Shown: positions 8,442-16,837, counted from the first letter of the stretch. The stretch is 32,184 bases of DNA from Spirochaetota bacterium (GCA_043803405.1 JAZDKB010000054.1:1-32184); one strand, 5' to 3'. Translations and numbers: made by a program. Notes: a model not told the origin generated them from the sequence alone.

Positions 8442-9970
8442 GCGCTCATGCGCTCCTTTATCAATTTATATGTAAGCCGATATTTTTCCGCTATTGACAC
8501 TGCGTATGCCAGCCCGTCAGCGGGTTTTCTAATGATTTTAAAAGTCCGCACAGCCGGGTTTTCCGGATCCACAGTGCTTACCATACTTACAGTCTTCGCG
8601 CTCAAGGAAGCCAGTTCGTCAATGAATGTCACGCACACGCACAGGGAATCCATTCCTGATATTTTTTTTATGATCTTTTTGCTTAAAAACACAGCATCTT
8701 TCAGGGACGTGGAAGTAAAAATTTCATTTATGAGTATAATGCTATCAGGTGCGGCCTGTTCCAGTATCGACTGAATTCTTACAAGATCGTCCTGCAGCTT
8801 ACCCCTGAGAGTCCTGATGTCCTCTTCTTTCTCAAAATGAGTAAAAACACAGCCAGGCAGAAAGAGCCCTGCTTTTTTTCCAGGCACAGGACAACCCAGA
8901 GCGGCCAGGTAATGCAGTTGCCCGAAAGTCCGGGCAAAGGTTGTTTTGCCGCCCTGGTTGGGCCCGGACACGATGAAAATGCGCTCTTTGCCTTTCAGAT
9001 AGAAATCATTGCAAATCACAGGCATTTTTCCAGCCATACATTTTTCCGCTAGCGCGAGATCAAACCCTTCGTAATTATAGACGTTTTTATTTTTATCGGA
9101 AACCTCAGGATAACAGAAATTCAGACCCGCTCGTCTGAACTTCGCAATATACTCCAGTAACGCGATATAAAACTGTATTTCCCTGTCGAAAACCATGACT
9201 GTTCTGTCCGTGTAAGCGGCATTTTTCTCACAGTAATTTAATAGGCCGGAAAATATTTCCGGATTCAGCTTTGCTGCCATTTCCAGTATCCTTGCTTCCA
9301 CGTGATTCATCCCGGACACTGCTGAAAGTTTTGACAGGTAATCCTTCACTGCGTGCTGTTTGAATTTTTCGAATGTTTTTTCAATCTCCGGGGTGTAATC
9401 GGTTTCGGATTCATATCCGCGGACTTTAACATTGCTTCCGTTTATAAGCACGCAATATTTGATTTTCGAAAGGCCGGATTTAAAGCTTTTTGTTTCTTTA
9501 AGGAGAGTCTTAAATCTGCCGGACCCGGTATAATCCGTTATGTATTCCCTGAATAATGAAAGCCCATGCGATTTTAAATTAATACCGGACAGATCATGAA
9601 CAAAACTGACAACTGCATCGCAGTAAATTTCCGCGGATTCCAGCAACCATGCCTCTTTATGGTATTTGTAATATAGCTTTTCCGCGTGGCCGAGATACCG
9701 CCTTGTGACTGTCATTTTCTCCGTGAATGATTTTATACAGCTGAAAACAGTCCGGTTCTCAAGATCGCGCATTATCTCCTGACGATAATTGACTGTCTCA
9801 ACATCGCCCGGCATGGCATAAAAAAACGGTTTCAGGTTGTATTCATCTCTGCCCGCGGTAACGGCTTCAATGATCTGATCCAGATTGAGATCAGGGAAAA
9901 ATGCGGGTTCAGATGGTTCTTTGTCCGGGCCGTTCTCCATCCCGCCAAAAAGTATGCTTTTAAAAATCAT
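8438..9970 (-). CDS. MutS-related ATPase (domain V), first of a coupled pair
   Basis: Walker A VSGPNQGGKTT, RGKLQDDL, Walker B variant ILINEIF, ADGLAYAVSIAEKY; ATGA overlap with the phosphatase gene. Confidence 0.9.
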   Translation of the reverse strand: MIFKSILFGGMENGPDKEPSEPAFFPDLNLDQIIEAVTAGRDEYNLKPFFYAMPGDVETVNYRQEIMRDLENRTVFSCIKSFTEKMTVTRRYLGHAEKLYYKYHKEAWLLESAEIYCDAVVSFVHDLSGINLKSHGLSLFREYITDYTGSGRFKTLLKETKSFKSGLSKIKYCVLINGSNVKVRGYESETDYTPEIEKTFEKFKQHAVKDYLSKLSAVSGMNHVEARILEMAAKLNPEIFSGLLNYCEKNAAYTDRTVMVFDREIQFYIALLEYIAKFRRAGLNFCYPEVSDKNKNVYNYEGFDLALAEKCMAGKMPVICNDFYLKGKERIFIVSGPNQGGKTTFARTFGQLHYLAALGCPVPGKKAGLFLPGCVFTHFEKEEDIRTLRGKLQDDLVRIQSILEQAAPDSIILINEIFTSTSLKDAVFLSKKIIKKISGMDSLCVCVTFIDELASLSAKTVSMVSTVDPENPAVRTFKIIRKPADGLAYAVSIAEKYRLTYKLIKERMSA

Positions 9971-10536
9971 TCAGTAATTCTCTCCAGCTTGTTTTTCTTT
10001 TGAACATATCTCCGGAAGCTTCTATCCATCGCGTCAGTTTCGCTCCATAGATATGGAAAATGTCCGTATACAAGCGACAGTTGTTCTGCTGCTGCTTCAG
10101 GCTCTTTATTCTCTTCGCGGTATTTCCAGACTGCGCACACAAGCCCGGTACGGTCTGAACCTCCCTGACAATGTATTAATACCGGTTTCGGTGCGTTTTT
10201 TATAATACCCATTATTTTATCAAGAGTCTCCGGATCAACCTCGCGCACCGCCGACAGGCGAAAATCAAAATGTCTGACTCTATATTGTTCCATCACATTC
10301 ATTTCATCCCTGTACCAGTCAGAATTTTTATGTTCGCCCCTGAGATTCAAAACGCTTTTTATTTTATATTTTTTAATATAGCCGGTAAATTCTTTTGCAT
10401 CGAGCTGTTTCGATCGATAAATAACGCCGTCTGTTACAACATGAAAATTGTCGTATTGCGACCATCCGGTGAGTAAAAATATCACAAAAACAAAAGGAAT
10501 AATCGGTAATAGATATTTTTTTCGCGCTATTTTCAT
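9967..10536 (-). CDS. Protein-tyrosine/dual-specificity phosphatase-like protein with N-terminal membrane anchor or signal
   Basis: CX5R loop IHCQGGSDRTG, IYRSKQ, VLNLRG. Start moved to 10536 (MKIARKKYLL...), which overlaps the stop of the USP remnant (ATGA). Confidence 0.88.
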   Translation of the reverse strand: MKIARKKYLLPIIPFVFVIFLLTGWSQYDNFHVVTDGVIYRSKQLDAKEFTGYIKKYKIKSVLNLRGEHKNSDWYRDEMNVMEQYRVRHFDFRLSAVREVDPETLDKIMGIIKNAPKPVLIHCQGGSDRTGLVCAVWKYREENKEPEAAAEQLSLVYGHFPYLWSETDAMDRSFRRYVQKKNKLERITE

Positions 10537-10706
10537 TTGACTACCAGCACAGAACACGGGGCAATCCTCACCAGGCTCGGACATGTGCTTCCCATCACGC
10601 GGTCATAAATCGCGGAATGCCCTATGAATCCCAGCATAAGAAAGTCATATCCGTTATCTTTGATAAATTCGACAATGGTTTTCACTTCATGGCCTATGAC
10701 TATATG
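10533..10706 (-). pseudogene. Universal stress protein (USP) C-terminal remnant
   Basis: Manual translation HIVIGHEVKTIVEFIKDNGYDFLMLGFIGHSAIYDRVMGSTCPSLVRIAPCSVLVVK* matches the USP C-terminal G-x2-G-x9-GS...APCSVLVVK pattern; the N-terminal half and start codon are missing. Confidence 0.82.
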
Positions 10707-10737
10707 GTTTCTGTGCTGTTTATGAGTTTTAATATTT

Positions 10738-12363
10738 TTAAAGATTGGGCATGTTGCTATTTATTAATTCTATGGACTGCACTATATCCTCTGTTTGACT
10801 TTTTTCGTCGCTAAGTATGGCTTCTATCGTAGCCAATTCGTTAACGATAAACCGATATGTCTGGTTTTTCAATTCTTCGATTTCTTTATTCACAATACCC
10901 GTAAGATCAGATGTAATACGATGAAGATTTTTATCAATTTCGTTAGGTATCTGGTTTGCAAAATATTTTTTAAATACGCCTTTATACAAAAACATCGGAA
11001 ATAAAAACCATAGCATATCCAGATGGAAGTCGCTTGCCCGGCTGACCCTCACATCCGGATTTCTTATTTCTTTTATCTCGACCACCCATTCTTCCGATTT
11101 AATTGTAATTCCCAGAACGGATTGTATGCTTTGATTCAGCCTGTCACGGAATGATTTAAGGAAAAACGAATAATGACGCTTCGCTGTTTCCACTATTTCA
11201 ACGAATTTAGGTCTCTCTGCATTCACTATTTTTTTAATTTCAGTTTGTAAAACTTCATTAAGCCATTTTTCATATTTGCGGGATATCTTGAATAAATTTC
11301 CGCGCCATGTTTTATATTCTGCAATAAACTTAATTCGGGCTGAATTACTTAGGTCCTTCTGGTACGGCTGTATATTCTTGAATATTTTTTCTCTTGTCTG
11401 GCTTAAAAAGTTAGTCATTAAAAGAAGAAGCTCCTCCCTAATGAAGTCTATTGTTAACCGATCGCTTAAAATCTGTGTTTTTAATATGCTCCGTTCGCTG
11501 TCCGATTTTCTTGAGACGCTAAGACTTAAGTTTAAATAACTAAGGCATGCCTGAGCGAGAGTATCTATCTTATATTTTAATATCTTATCGAATTCGCCGC
11601 CGAAATCTTTCATTAAAGGAGTAAAGAGTTTATCCTGCAAAATGGTTTGATATTTCTCTCTGTCCTGCTTTGCAGAATAGCTATAGACCGGAACATCGCG
11701 ATCGAATGACTTTTCCAAAGAATTATTTATATAATCGATTATCTCACCTGTCTGTGCGTCGGTGAATAAATCGGCCTTTGTTAATAAAAGAACAATATCC
11801 GGGCTGTACTTCTCGACCTCTTTTAACAAAACTATTTCATTCTCAGCTAAAGGGCGGTCTGCGCTGACAGCAACGATTGCAACGCCTATTTCCGGAGCCC
11901 ATTTTTCAGTGACTTCGCTGTTGTGTTTAAAAATACTACCAAGGCCTGGTGTGTCTACAAAACGAAGGCCTTCATATTGCTTCAATTCCGGTAGTTCAAC
12001 ATCGACCCAGAGCACATCCTTTATGTTTTCAGGGTTTTTTGACTCCGAAACATATGCATCTATCGAATTAATTGCGATTTCCTCAACATGTCCGTCTAAA
12101 AAAAATACCGCGACCTTCTCTTTTTCGCCATACATAATTCTTGTAATGACCGATGTCAGAGGAATTACGCCTGTAGGCAGAATCTCTTTGCCAATAAAGC
12201 TGTTCAGGAAAGAGCTTTTACCTGCTTTAAACTGTCCCAGAACAGCAACATCAATGATTTTATTTTGCGAAAAAAGACCGTCAATAATCTGTATGTTTCT
12301 GTTCAGAGTTTTAATGCTGTGTTTAACACAAATTTCTTTTATGGTTTGCAATAATGTCTGCAT
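10738..12363 (-). CDS. Bacterial dynamin-like GTPase
   Basis: G1 VLGQFKAGKSS, LPTGVIPLT, SESKNPEN, G3 VDTPGLG, G4 TKAD; long helical C-terminus with hydrophobic paddle (MLWFLFPMFLY). Confidence 0.88.
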   Translation of the reverse strand: MQTLLQTIKEICVKHSIKTLNRNIQIIDGLFSQNKIIDVAVLGQFKAGKSSFLNSFIGKEILPTGVIPLTSVITRIMYGEKEKVAVFFLDGHVEEIAINSIDAYVSESKNPENIKDVLWVDVELPELKQYEGLRFVDTPGLGSIFKHNSEVTEKWAPEIGVAIVAVSADRPLAENEIVLLKEVEKYSPDIVLLLTKADLFTDAQTGEIIDYINNSLEKSFDRDVPVYSYSAKQDREKYQTILQDKLFTPLMKDFGGEFDKILKYKIDTLAQACLSYLNLSLSVSRKSDSERSILKTQILSDRLTIDFIREELLLLMTNFLSQTREKIFKNIQPYQKDLSNSARIKFIAEYKTWRGNLFKISRKYEKWLNEVLQTEIKKIVNAERPKFVEIVETAKRHYSFFLKSFRDRLNQSIQSVLGITIKSEEWVVEIKEIRNPDVRVSRASDFHLDMLWFLFPMFLYKGVFKKYFANQIPNEIDKNLHRITSDLTGIVNKEIEELKNQTYRFIVNELATIEAILSDEKSQTEDIVQSIELINSNMPNL

Positions 12364-12395
12364 GATTCAATTCCTTAAAAAATCGAAAAAATATA

Positions 12396-12617
12396 TCAAA
12401 TATTTTTAATAAATAATAAAAATACTACAAAAACAATTATAATCACTATTGTAAACGCAGTTATCGCGTATTTAATAGACATAATGATTTTCTTTTTTTT
12501 CGGTATACCCGGGAAATGACTGTAGCCTTCATAAGCATTAATAAAAGCCGCAATAGCTCCCAGTATTCCAAAAATAGTTCCAAGAACCACGAGACCTGCG
12601 AAAAAACTTACTCCCAT
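12396..12617 (-). CDS. Small two-TM membrane protein, first gene after fluoride riboswitch A
   Basis: 73 aa, two hydrophobic helices separated by YEGYSHFPGIPKKKK. Confidence 0.75.
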   Translation of the reverse strand: MGVSFFAGLVVLGTIFGILGAIAAFINAYEGYSHFPGIPKKKKIIMSIKYAITAFTIVIIIVFVVFLLFIKNI

Positions 12618-12846
12618 TATACTATTACATCCATTGGTGGTGGATTACATCCCTAAAAGGAATTAATATCTTTTCCTTTGAGGGATTGTTTTACCCGTTC
12701 AGGTAATAAGCTCGACTTTTTTAATATGGTTTCATTTTATACCCTCAATGAGTATAATAATAAGTTTTGGGGGAATTGATAATTTTGTATTATAGCCATG
12801 GTTAATTTCAGGAACGCTCCGGCATCTACAGATGGAGGTTTGAAAA

Positions 12847-12925
12847 TAAAAAACCGCCCTTTATGCTAACAATTCCCCTGCAGGAGTCATTAGCCATTGA
12901 GGCGGTTTGGGTGAACTCCATCACC
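12847..12925 (-). promoter_or_regulatory. Fluoride riboswitch A (crcB motif) with overlapping intrinsic terminator
   Basis: Minus strand GGTGATGGAGTTCACCCAAACCGCCTCAATGGCTAATGACTCCTGC fits the fluoride aptamer (GGAGT/ACTCC pseudoknot); AAACCGCC pairs with downstream GGCGGTTT followed by a U-run. Confidence 0.93.
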
Positions 12926-13116
12926 TTAAATTAGTGATAGTTATAAATCTGTAAAATACTAATACATAAAAAGTCATTATTCATTTTTATGTCAAGATAA
13001 TTTTTATCATGTTACAAAATGAAACGTCGGGTATTTTTTCATATTTTAACAAAATAATCTGAATAATATATTGACAGTCATTCAATATATATGCCATGTT
13101 TAATAACATTAAAGTG

Positions 13117-13165
13117 GGCGATGGAGTTCGCCGTTAATCGCTTAAGCTCGCTGATGACTCCTACC
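13117..13165 (+). promoter_or_regulatory. Fluoride riboswitch B (crcB motif)
   Basis: GGCGATGGAGTTCGCCGTTAATCGCTTAAGCTCGCTGATGACTCCTACC; TTGACA at 13071 upstream. Confidence 0.92.
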
Positions 13166-13256
13166 ATAGCATAGAACCATCTAATTACGAATTTATATTC
13201 CGAATAAAAATAGAACTTCCATTCGGCGGAAATGTCGCGTAAAAGAGGATGGCCGA

Positions 13257-13679
13257 TTGTATCTAAAAATATCGGTTATGGAACAGGAAATAAAAAGAAT
13301 CCGAAAAGCGGCTTATAAGACGCTGCATCTGATATTCGTAAAGTACGTAGGTCCCGGTGCCTACCGTATCGTTAATTCTGAAGCTGAAGGTGGCATTCCG
13401 GTACTGACGGACTACATATCCTTTCATTATCATGAACCGCTTATTCGTGTAAAAGATATTGGTAAAAACATTATTTACCTGGTGACCCAGGAGCGGTTTA
13501 AGTTATCTTTTCTCGGAAAGATGATACAACTCGATCCCGGACTAGAGACTAAGCTCCACGCATGGTTTCCCTTTCTATGGGGCGAAGGCACGGCTGAGGA
13601 CGTCGGACGGTATAAATCGATTCTCAGGCAGTTAAAGGAATTAGCCGATATCACGGTGCCACCAAATTACGGGCAATAA
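13257..13679 (+). CDS. Hypothetical protein downstream of fluoride riboswitch B (start uncertain: TTG 13257 or ATG 13278)
   Basis: 140-aa ORF filling the gap between the riboswitch and the convergent enolase; no recognisable motif. Confidence 0.55.
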   Translation: MYLKISVMEQEIKRIRKAAYKTLHLIFVKYVGPGAYRIVNSEAEGGIPVLTDYISFHYHEPLIRVKDIGKNIIYLVTQERFKLSFLGKMIQLDPGLETKLHAWFPFLWGEGTAEDVGRYKSILRQLKELADITVPPNYGQ

Positions 13680-13704
13680 CATGCGATTACAATTGTTTAA
13701 TGAA

Positions 13705-14982
13705 TCAGTTATTAAATGGATTTTTAAATACCGCAAGTTTGCCTAACTCATGTTCTATTTCCAACAGGCGGTTGTATTTAGCAATACGCTCGCTTCTGCA
13801 TGCGGAACCGGTCTTGATCTGTCCGCCGCCCATTGCAACTGCAAAGTCGGCCATAAATGTATCTTCTGTCTCGCCGGATCGATGAGAGATTACGAATCCC
13901 CATCCTGCTTCTTTGCATAAATTTATTGCTTCAATGGTTTCCGTGACGGTTCCTATCTGGTTCAGTTTTATAAGTACTGCATTGGCCGTCTTTTCCTTTA
14001 TTCCTTTTTCGATGAACTTCGTGTTTGTTACGAATATATCATCACCCACTATCTGGATTTTTTCGCCGAGAGCTGCTGTATGTTCTTTGAATCCATTCCA
14101 GTCGTTTTCGTCAAGCCCGTCTTCTATGGAAACGATAGGATATTTGTCAATCCAGCTTTTATAAAACACAGTCATCTCCGAACTGTTCTTGTTTCCCTGG
14201 CCTGATTTCGCAAGGACATACATGCCTTTTTCGAAAAATGAACTTGCCGCAGGGTCTAACGCAAGGGCAACGTCTTTACCCGGCTCATATCCTGCTGCTT
14301 TTATAGCCTCTAAAATGACTTCGCAGGCCTCATCGTTGCTTTTGAGATTTGGAGCAAATCCGCCTTCATCGCCTACTCCTGTTGAATATCCTTTTTTGCC
14401 GAGTATCTTTTTAAGAGCGTGAAATGTTTCAGCACCATAGCGCAATGCTTCCGCGAAAGAAGGAGCACCGATCGGCATTACCATGAACTCCTGAAAATCA
14501 ACGCTGTTTTCAGCATGTTTCCCGCCGTTTAAAATGTTCATCATAGGTACAGGAATACAGTAAGAAGTTGCAGGGCATAGGTATGCATAAAGAGGTGTAT
14601 TTGCAGTAATTGCGGACGCTTTGGCTAAAGCCATGGACACACCGAGTATTGCATTTGCTCCGAGTTTACCCTTATTCGGAGTGCCGTCTAGTTCTATCAA
14701 GAGATGGTCGATCTCTGTTTGTTTAGACGGGTCCATGCCTACCAGCTTCGGAGCTAAGATATTGTTTACATTCGATACTGCCTTCAGCACGCCTTTGCCG
14801 TCGTAACGTTTTTTATCACCGTCTCGGAGTTCCACGGCCTCATTCTTGCCTGTAGAAGCGCCGGAAGGTACTGAAGAAGAAACTTTGATATTATTATCAA
14901 GCGTCATAAATACTCTGACGGTCGGATTGCCTCTTGAATCTAGAATTTCTATAGCACTGATTGCTTTAATTTTATTATTCAT
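13705..14982 (-). CDS. eno: Enolase (phosphopyruvate hydratase), 425 aa
   Basis: [49 protein letters not shown]. Start at 14982 behind RBS AAGGAG; the longer ORF start lies in the riboswitch. Confidence 0.97.
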   Translation of the reverse strand: MNNKIKAISAIEILDSRGNPTVRVFMTLDNNIKVSSSVPSGASTGKNEAVELRDGDKKRYDGKGVLKAVSNVNNILAPKLVGMDPSKQTEIDHLLIELDGTPNKGKLGANAILGVSMALAKASAITANTPLYAYLCPATSYCIPVPMMNILNGGKHAENSVDFQEFMVMPIGAPSFAEALRYGAETFHALKKILGKKGYSTGVGDEGGFAPNLKSNDEACEVILEAIKAAGYEPGKDVALALDPAASSFFEKGMYVLAKSGQGNKNSSEMTVFYKSWIDKYPIVSIEDGLDENDWNGFKEHTAALGEKIQIVGDDIFVTNTKFIEKGIKEKTANAVLIKLNQIGTVTETIEAINLCKEAGWGFVISHRSGETEDTFMADFAVAMGGGQIKTGSACRSERIAKYNRLLEIEHELGKLAVFKNPFNN

Positions 14983-14999
14983 TGTGTTCTCCTTAAAAA

Positions 15000-15025
15000 T
15001 AAAAAAATCCACTCTGCGGTGGATT
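15000..15025 (-). terminator. Riboswitch-controlled intrinsic terminator upstream of eno
   Basis: Minus strand AATCCAC-CGCAGA-GTGGATT followed by a U-run; upstream TCTGCGGT can pair with ACCGCAGA as an antiterminator. Confidence 0.8.
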
Positions 15026-15057
15026 GTCGGTTTTACTCCTACCGCAGAAAAACACGC

Positions 15058-15106
15058 AGCAGGAGTCATCAGCTAAAATAGCGTTTATGAGGGGGACTCC
15101 ATCCCC
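15058..15106 (-). promoter_or_regulatory. Fluoride riboswitch C (crcB motif) upstream of eno
   Basis: Minus strand GGGGATGGAGTCCCCCTCATAAACGCTATTTTAGCTGATGACTCCTGC. Confidence 0.93.
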
Positions 15107-15475
15107 GATTATTAATTAACAGAAGTATTATTATAAAGCTTAATAAATTTTTGATCGTCATAAGTCAAGATAAATTTATCTGTCAAAAAGATACTTCGGA
15201 CAACTCCGTTGACCAAATTATCTTCTCTCTTACCTTTAAGTTAGCCTTTCATTTTTAATCTTTCAGCAATACAAAAGATAAGTTGCCGTTTACCTCATCC
15301 CTGCTTCGGGTCGAGATTGCGGTCAAGCCAATACTTTAACGCTGGCTTGCCCGCAAACTCTCCCCTTATTGTTCGCAAAAGGCAGCATGACAATTATTTT
15401 TCTTCTGTAAACGTCTCCCTCCTCACCCCCACCATGGCAAAGGTCGCATTGTGGTGTTTATCCCCTGCACGTGGT

Positions 15476-15839
15476 AGCCAGATTATACTGTAATATATGC
15501 TCTGTTTTTCTGTTTCTATTTTCTTGTGCCGGCCGACATTTTATCTGCTACATGCCCCCTTTAGTGTAAATCTTGTCTATCATTGTTGATGGTCACATTG
15601 ACATAACGCAAGTTATGGTAAGTTACCCTCATTGTTTGTTTTTTCTGCTTCTTAATGCTTTGCTTTCGGGCATCTTCCCATAACTGGCGTTATATCACAT
15701 TGCCGGGCTACGCAATCGCGTTATTTGTTTTCTTATTGCTTCGCCTCGGCAATGAACCTCCCGTAAGTCTTTTTTTACGAGTTCGCGCGGGGGCAGGGCA
15801 GGGTGCTGATCCTCGCATATATTACAGTATAATCTGGCT
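15476..15839. repeat. Perfect 25-bp inverted repeat enclosing 314 bp
   Basis: agccagattatactgtaatatatgc (15476-15500) is the exact reverse complement of gcatatattacagtataatctggct (15815-15839). Confidence 0.92.
15596..15700. other. Two inverted dif/Xer-like 28-bp sites
   Basis: 15623-15596 (minus) acttaccataa-cttgcg-ttatgtcaatg and 15673-15700 (plus) tcttcccataa-ctggcg-ttatatcacat; both have the 11-6-11 CATAA-N6-TTAT layout. Confidence 0.5.
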
Positions 15840-16525
15840 TTTTAAACCCCACCCGCCCAGTCGGGCAATTCGTATATCTTCCTAAAGCGGGTTCGTGCCG
15901 CACGTCCGTGTGCGGCACTTGCTCGGCTTCCTGCCTCGCAACCCTTAGTCTATCAGTTTTTGTCCGTCTGTCTGCTTTCGTTTTTGCCCTCCTTCCCGGG
16001 TGCAGGGGATAGAGTTTGCTGTTTTTGCTCCGGAGGAGAGGTGGGGGTGAGGAGGGAGATGGGTAGTTCCCGGACGCAGCTTCTTTCGCCGGTGCGTCGC
16101 TTCTGTTTCGCTTGTTTTGTTTTCTTTGCTGTTGCTTCGCTCTTATGCCCGCCCACCCTTTAAATGTAAGTTTTGAAAGCCTGGCCGGTGTCTACTTTTC
16201 TTTTTGTCTTTCTTTCCTGAAAGCCCGCCGGAGTACAGCCCCGCTCATTCCTGGGGGCTTTGGTAAAGTTTTAAAAACCGTCCTGCCCTGGAAAAACCAG
16301 TTCAGGCCGGTATTTTAATCTTCTTTTATTTTTTTCCAGGAGTCCGCGGGGCAGTACACCGGCTTGTCTTGTTAATTTAGTTTTTTTGTGATCCGGCCAG
16401 TCTTTAAAAACTCTCATCGCCCTAAAAGCAGTAAAAGCTAATAAATAGATTTTTTAAAATTTTACTCTTCTCAGATTGCTTTATACAGCGTTTAAAAAAG
16501 TAGCCAAGGGGGAAAGGGCAGGGGA

Positions 16526-16705
16526 TTACTTATCTTCCGGCATGTTTATATTGTGTTTCATGCAGTAAAGGGCGGCTTTCCTCAGAAAGTCCCCGATCTT
16601 AATTCCCTTATCAATGCAGTAATGTGAAATATTTTTGTGTTCCTCAGAGGTGAGCTGCACAGTCGGGCGCTTCATGTTGTCGTATTGGTTCTTCTTATCT
16701 TTCAT
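16526..16705 (-). CDS. Small ribbon-helix-helix (CopG/ParG-like) DNA-binding protein, 59 aa; not in the ORF track
   Basis: MKDKKNQYDNMKRPTVQLTSEEHKNISHYCIDKGIKIGDFLRKAALYCMKHNINMPEDK*, a strand-helix-G-helix pattern; TTGACC-N17-TATAAA ends 6 nt before the ATG. Confidence 0.75.
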   Translation of the reverse strand: MKDKKNQYDNMKRPTVQLTSEEHKNISHYCIDKGIKIGDFLRKAALYCMKHNINMPEDK

Positions 16706-16748
16706 AACTTATTTATATATCGGCAGGTTTGCAGGGTCAATTAAAAAA

Positions 16749-16802
16749 AACGTTTAAACGTTAAAAAAGTTGTTGACGTGTAAACGTGTAAACGTGTATA
16801 AA
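16749..16802. promoter_or_regulatory. Divergent promoter region with AAACGT repeats (probable RHH operator)
   Basis: Palindrome aacgtttaaacgtt and three tandem acgtgta(a/t) units overlapping TTGACG...TATAAA. Confidence 0.65.
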
Positions 16803-16837
16803 TAATCATGTAATAAATCAAACAAGGAGGTATTTAC

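Noticed and set aside
7132..9556. Plus-strand ORFs of 64-199 aa
   Set aside because: Antisense shadows of the MutS-like genes with no motifs.
5584..9970. Canonical mutS or mutS2 assignment
   Set aside because: Too short; no mismatch-binding or Smr domain and no mutL.
11762..12409. 215-aa plus-strand ORF
   Set aside because: Antisense to the dynamin-like gene; Ser/Thr-rich shadow.
12396..12617. CrcB/Fluc channel
   Set aside because: Only two TM helices and no GGxTTFS or GxxxR signature.
12721..12735. RBS-like GAGG plus ATG after riboswitch A (MKPY*)
   Set aside because: Stops after four codons and no frame nearby resembles a known gene.
14983..15069. 29-aa N-terminal extension of enolase in the ORF track
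   Set aside because: It overlaps the riboswitch and terminator; the RBS supports the start at 14982.
15291..15306. MOBP-type oriT nick site (acctcatccctgc)
   Set aside because: Does not match YATCCTG exactly and no HUH relaxase is present.
15476..15839. Retron msr-msd bounded by a1/a2 repeats
   Set aside because: No reverse transcriptase anywhere on the circle.
15655..16318. Four short ORFs of 67-76 aa
   Set aside because: No RBS, biased composition, and they overlap dense inverted repeats.
16770..16800. CRISPR array or iterons
   Set aside because: Only 8-bp tandem units without spacers, overlapping a promoter; no cas genes. No CRISPR array was seen in the window.
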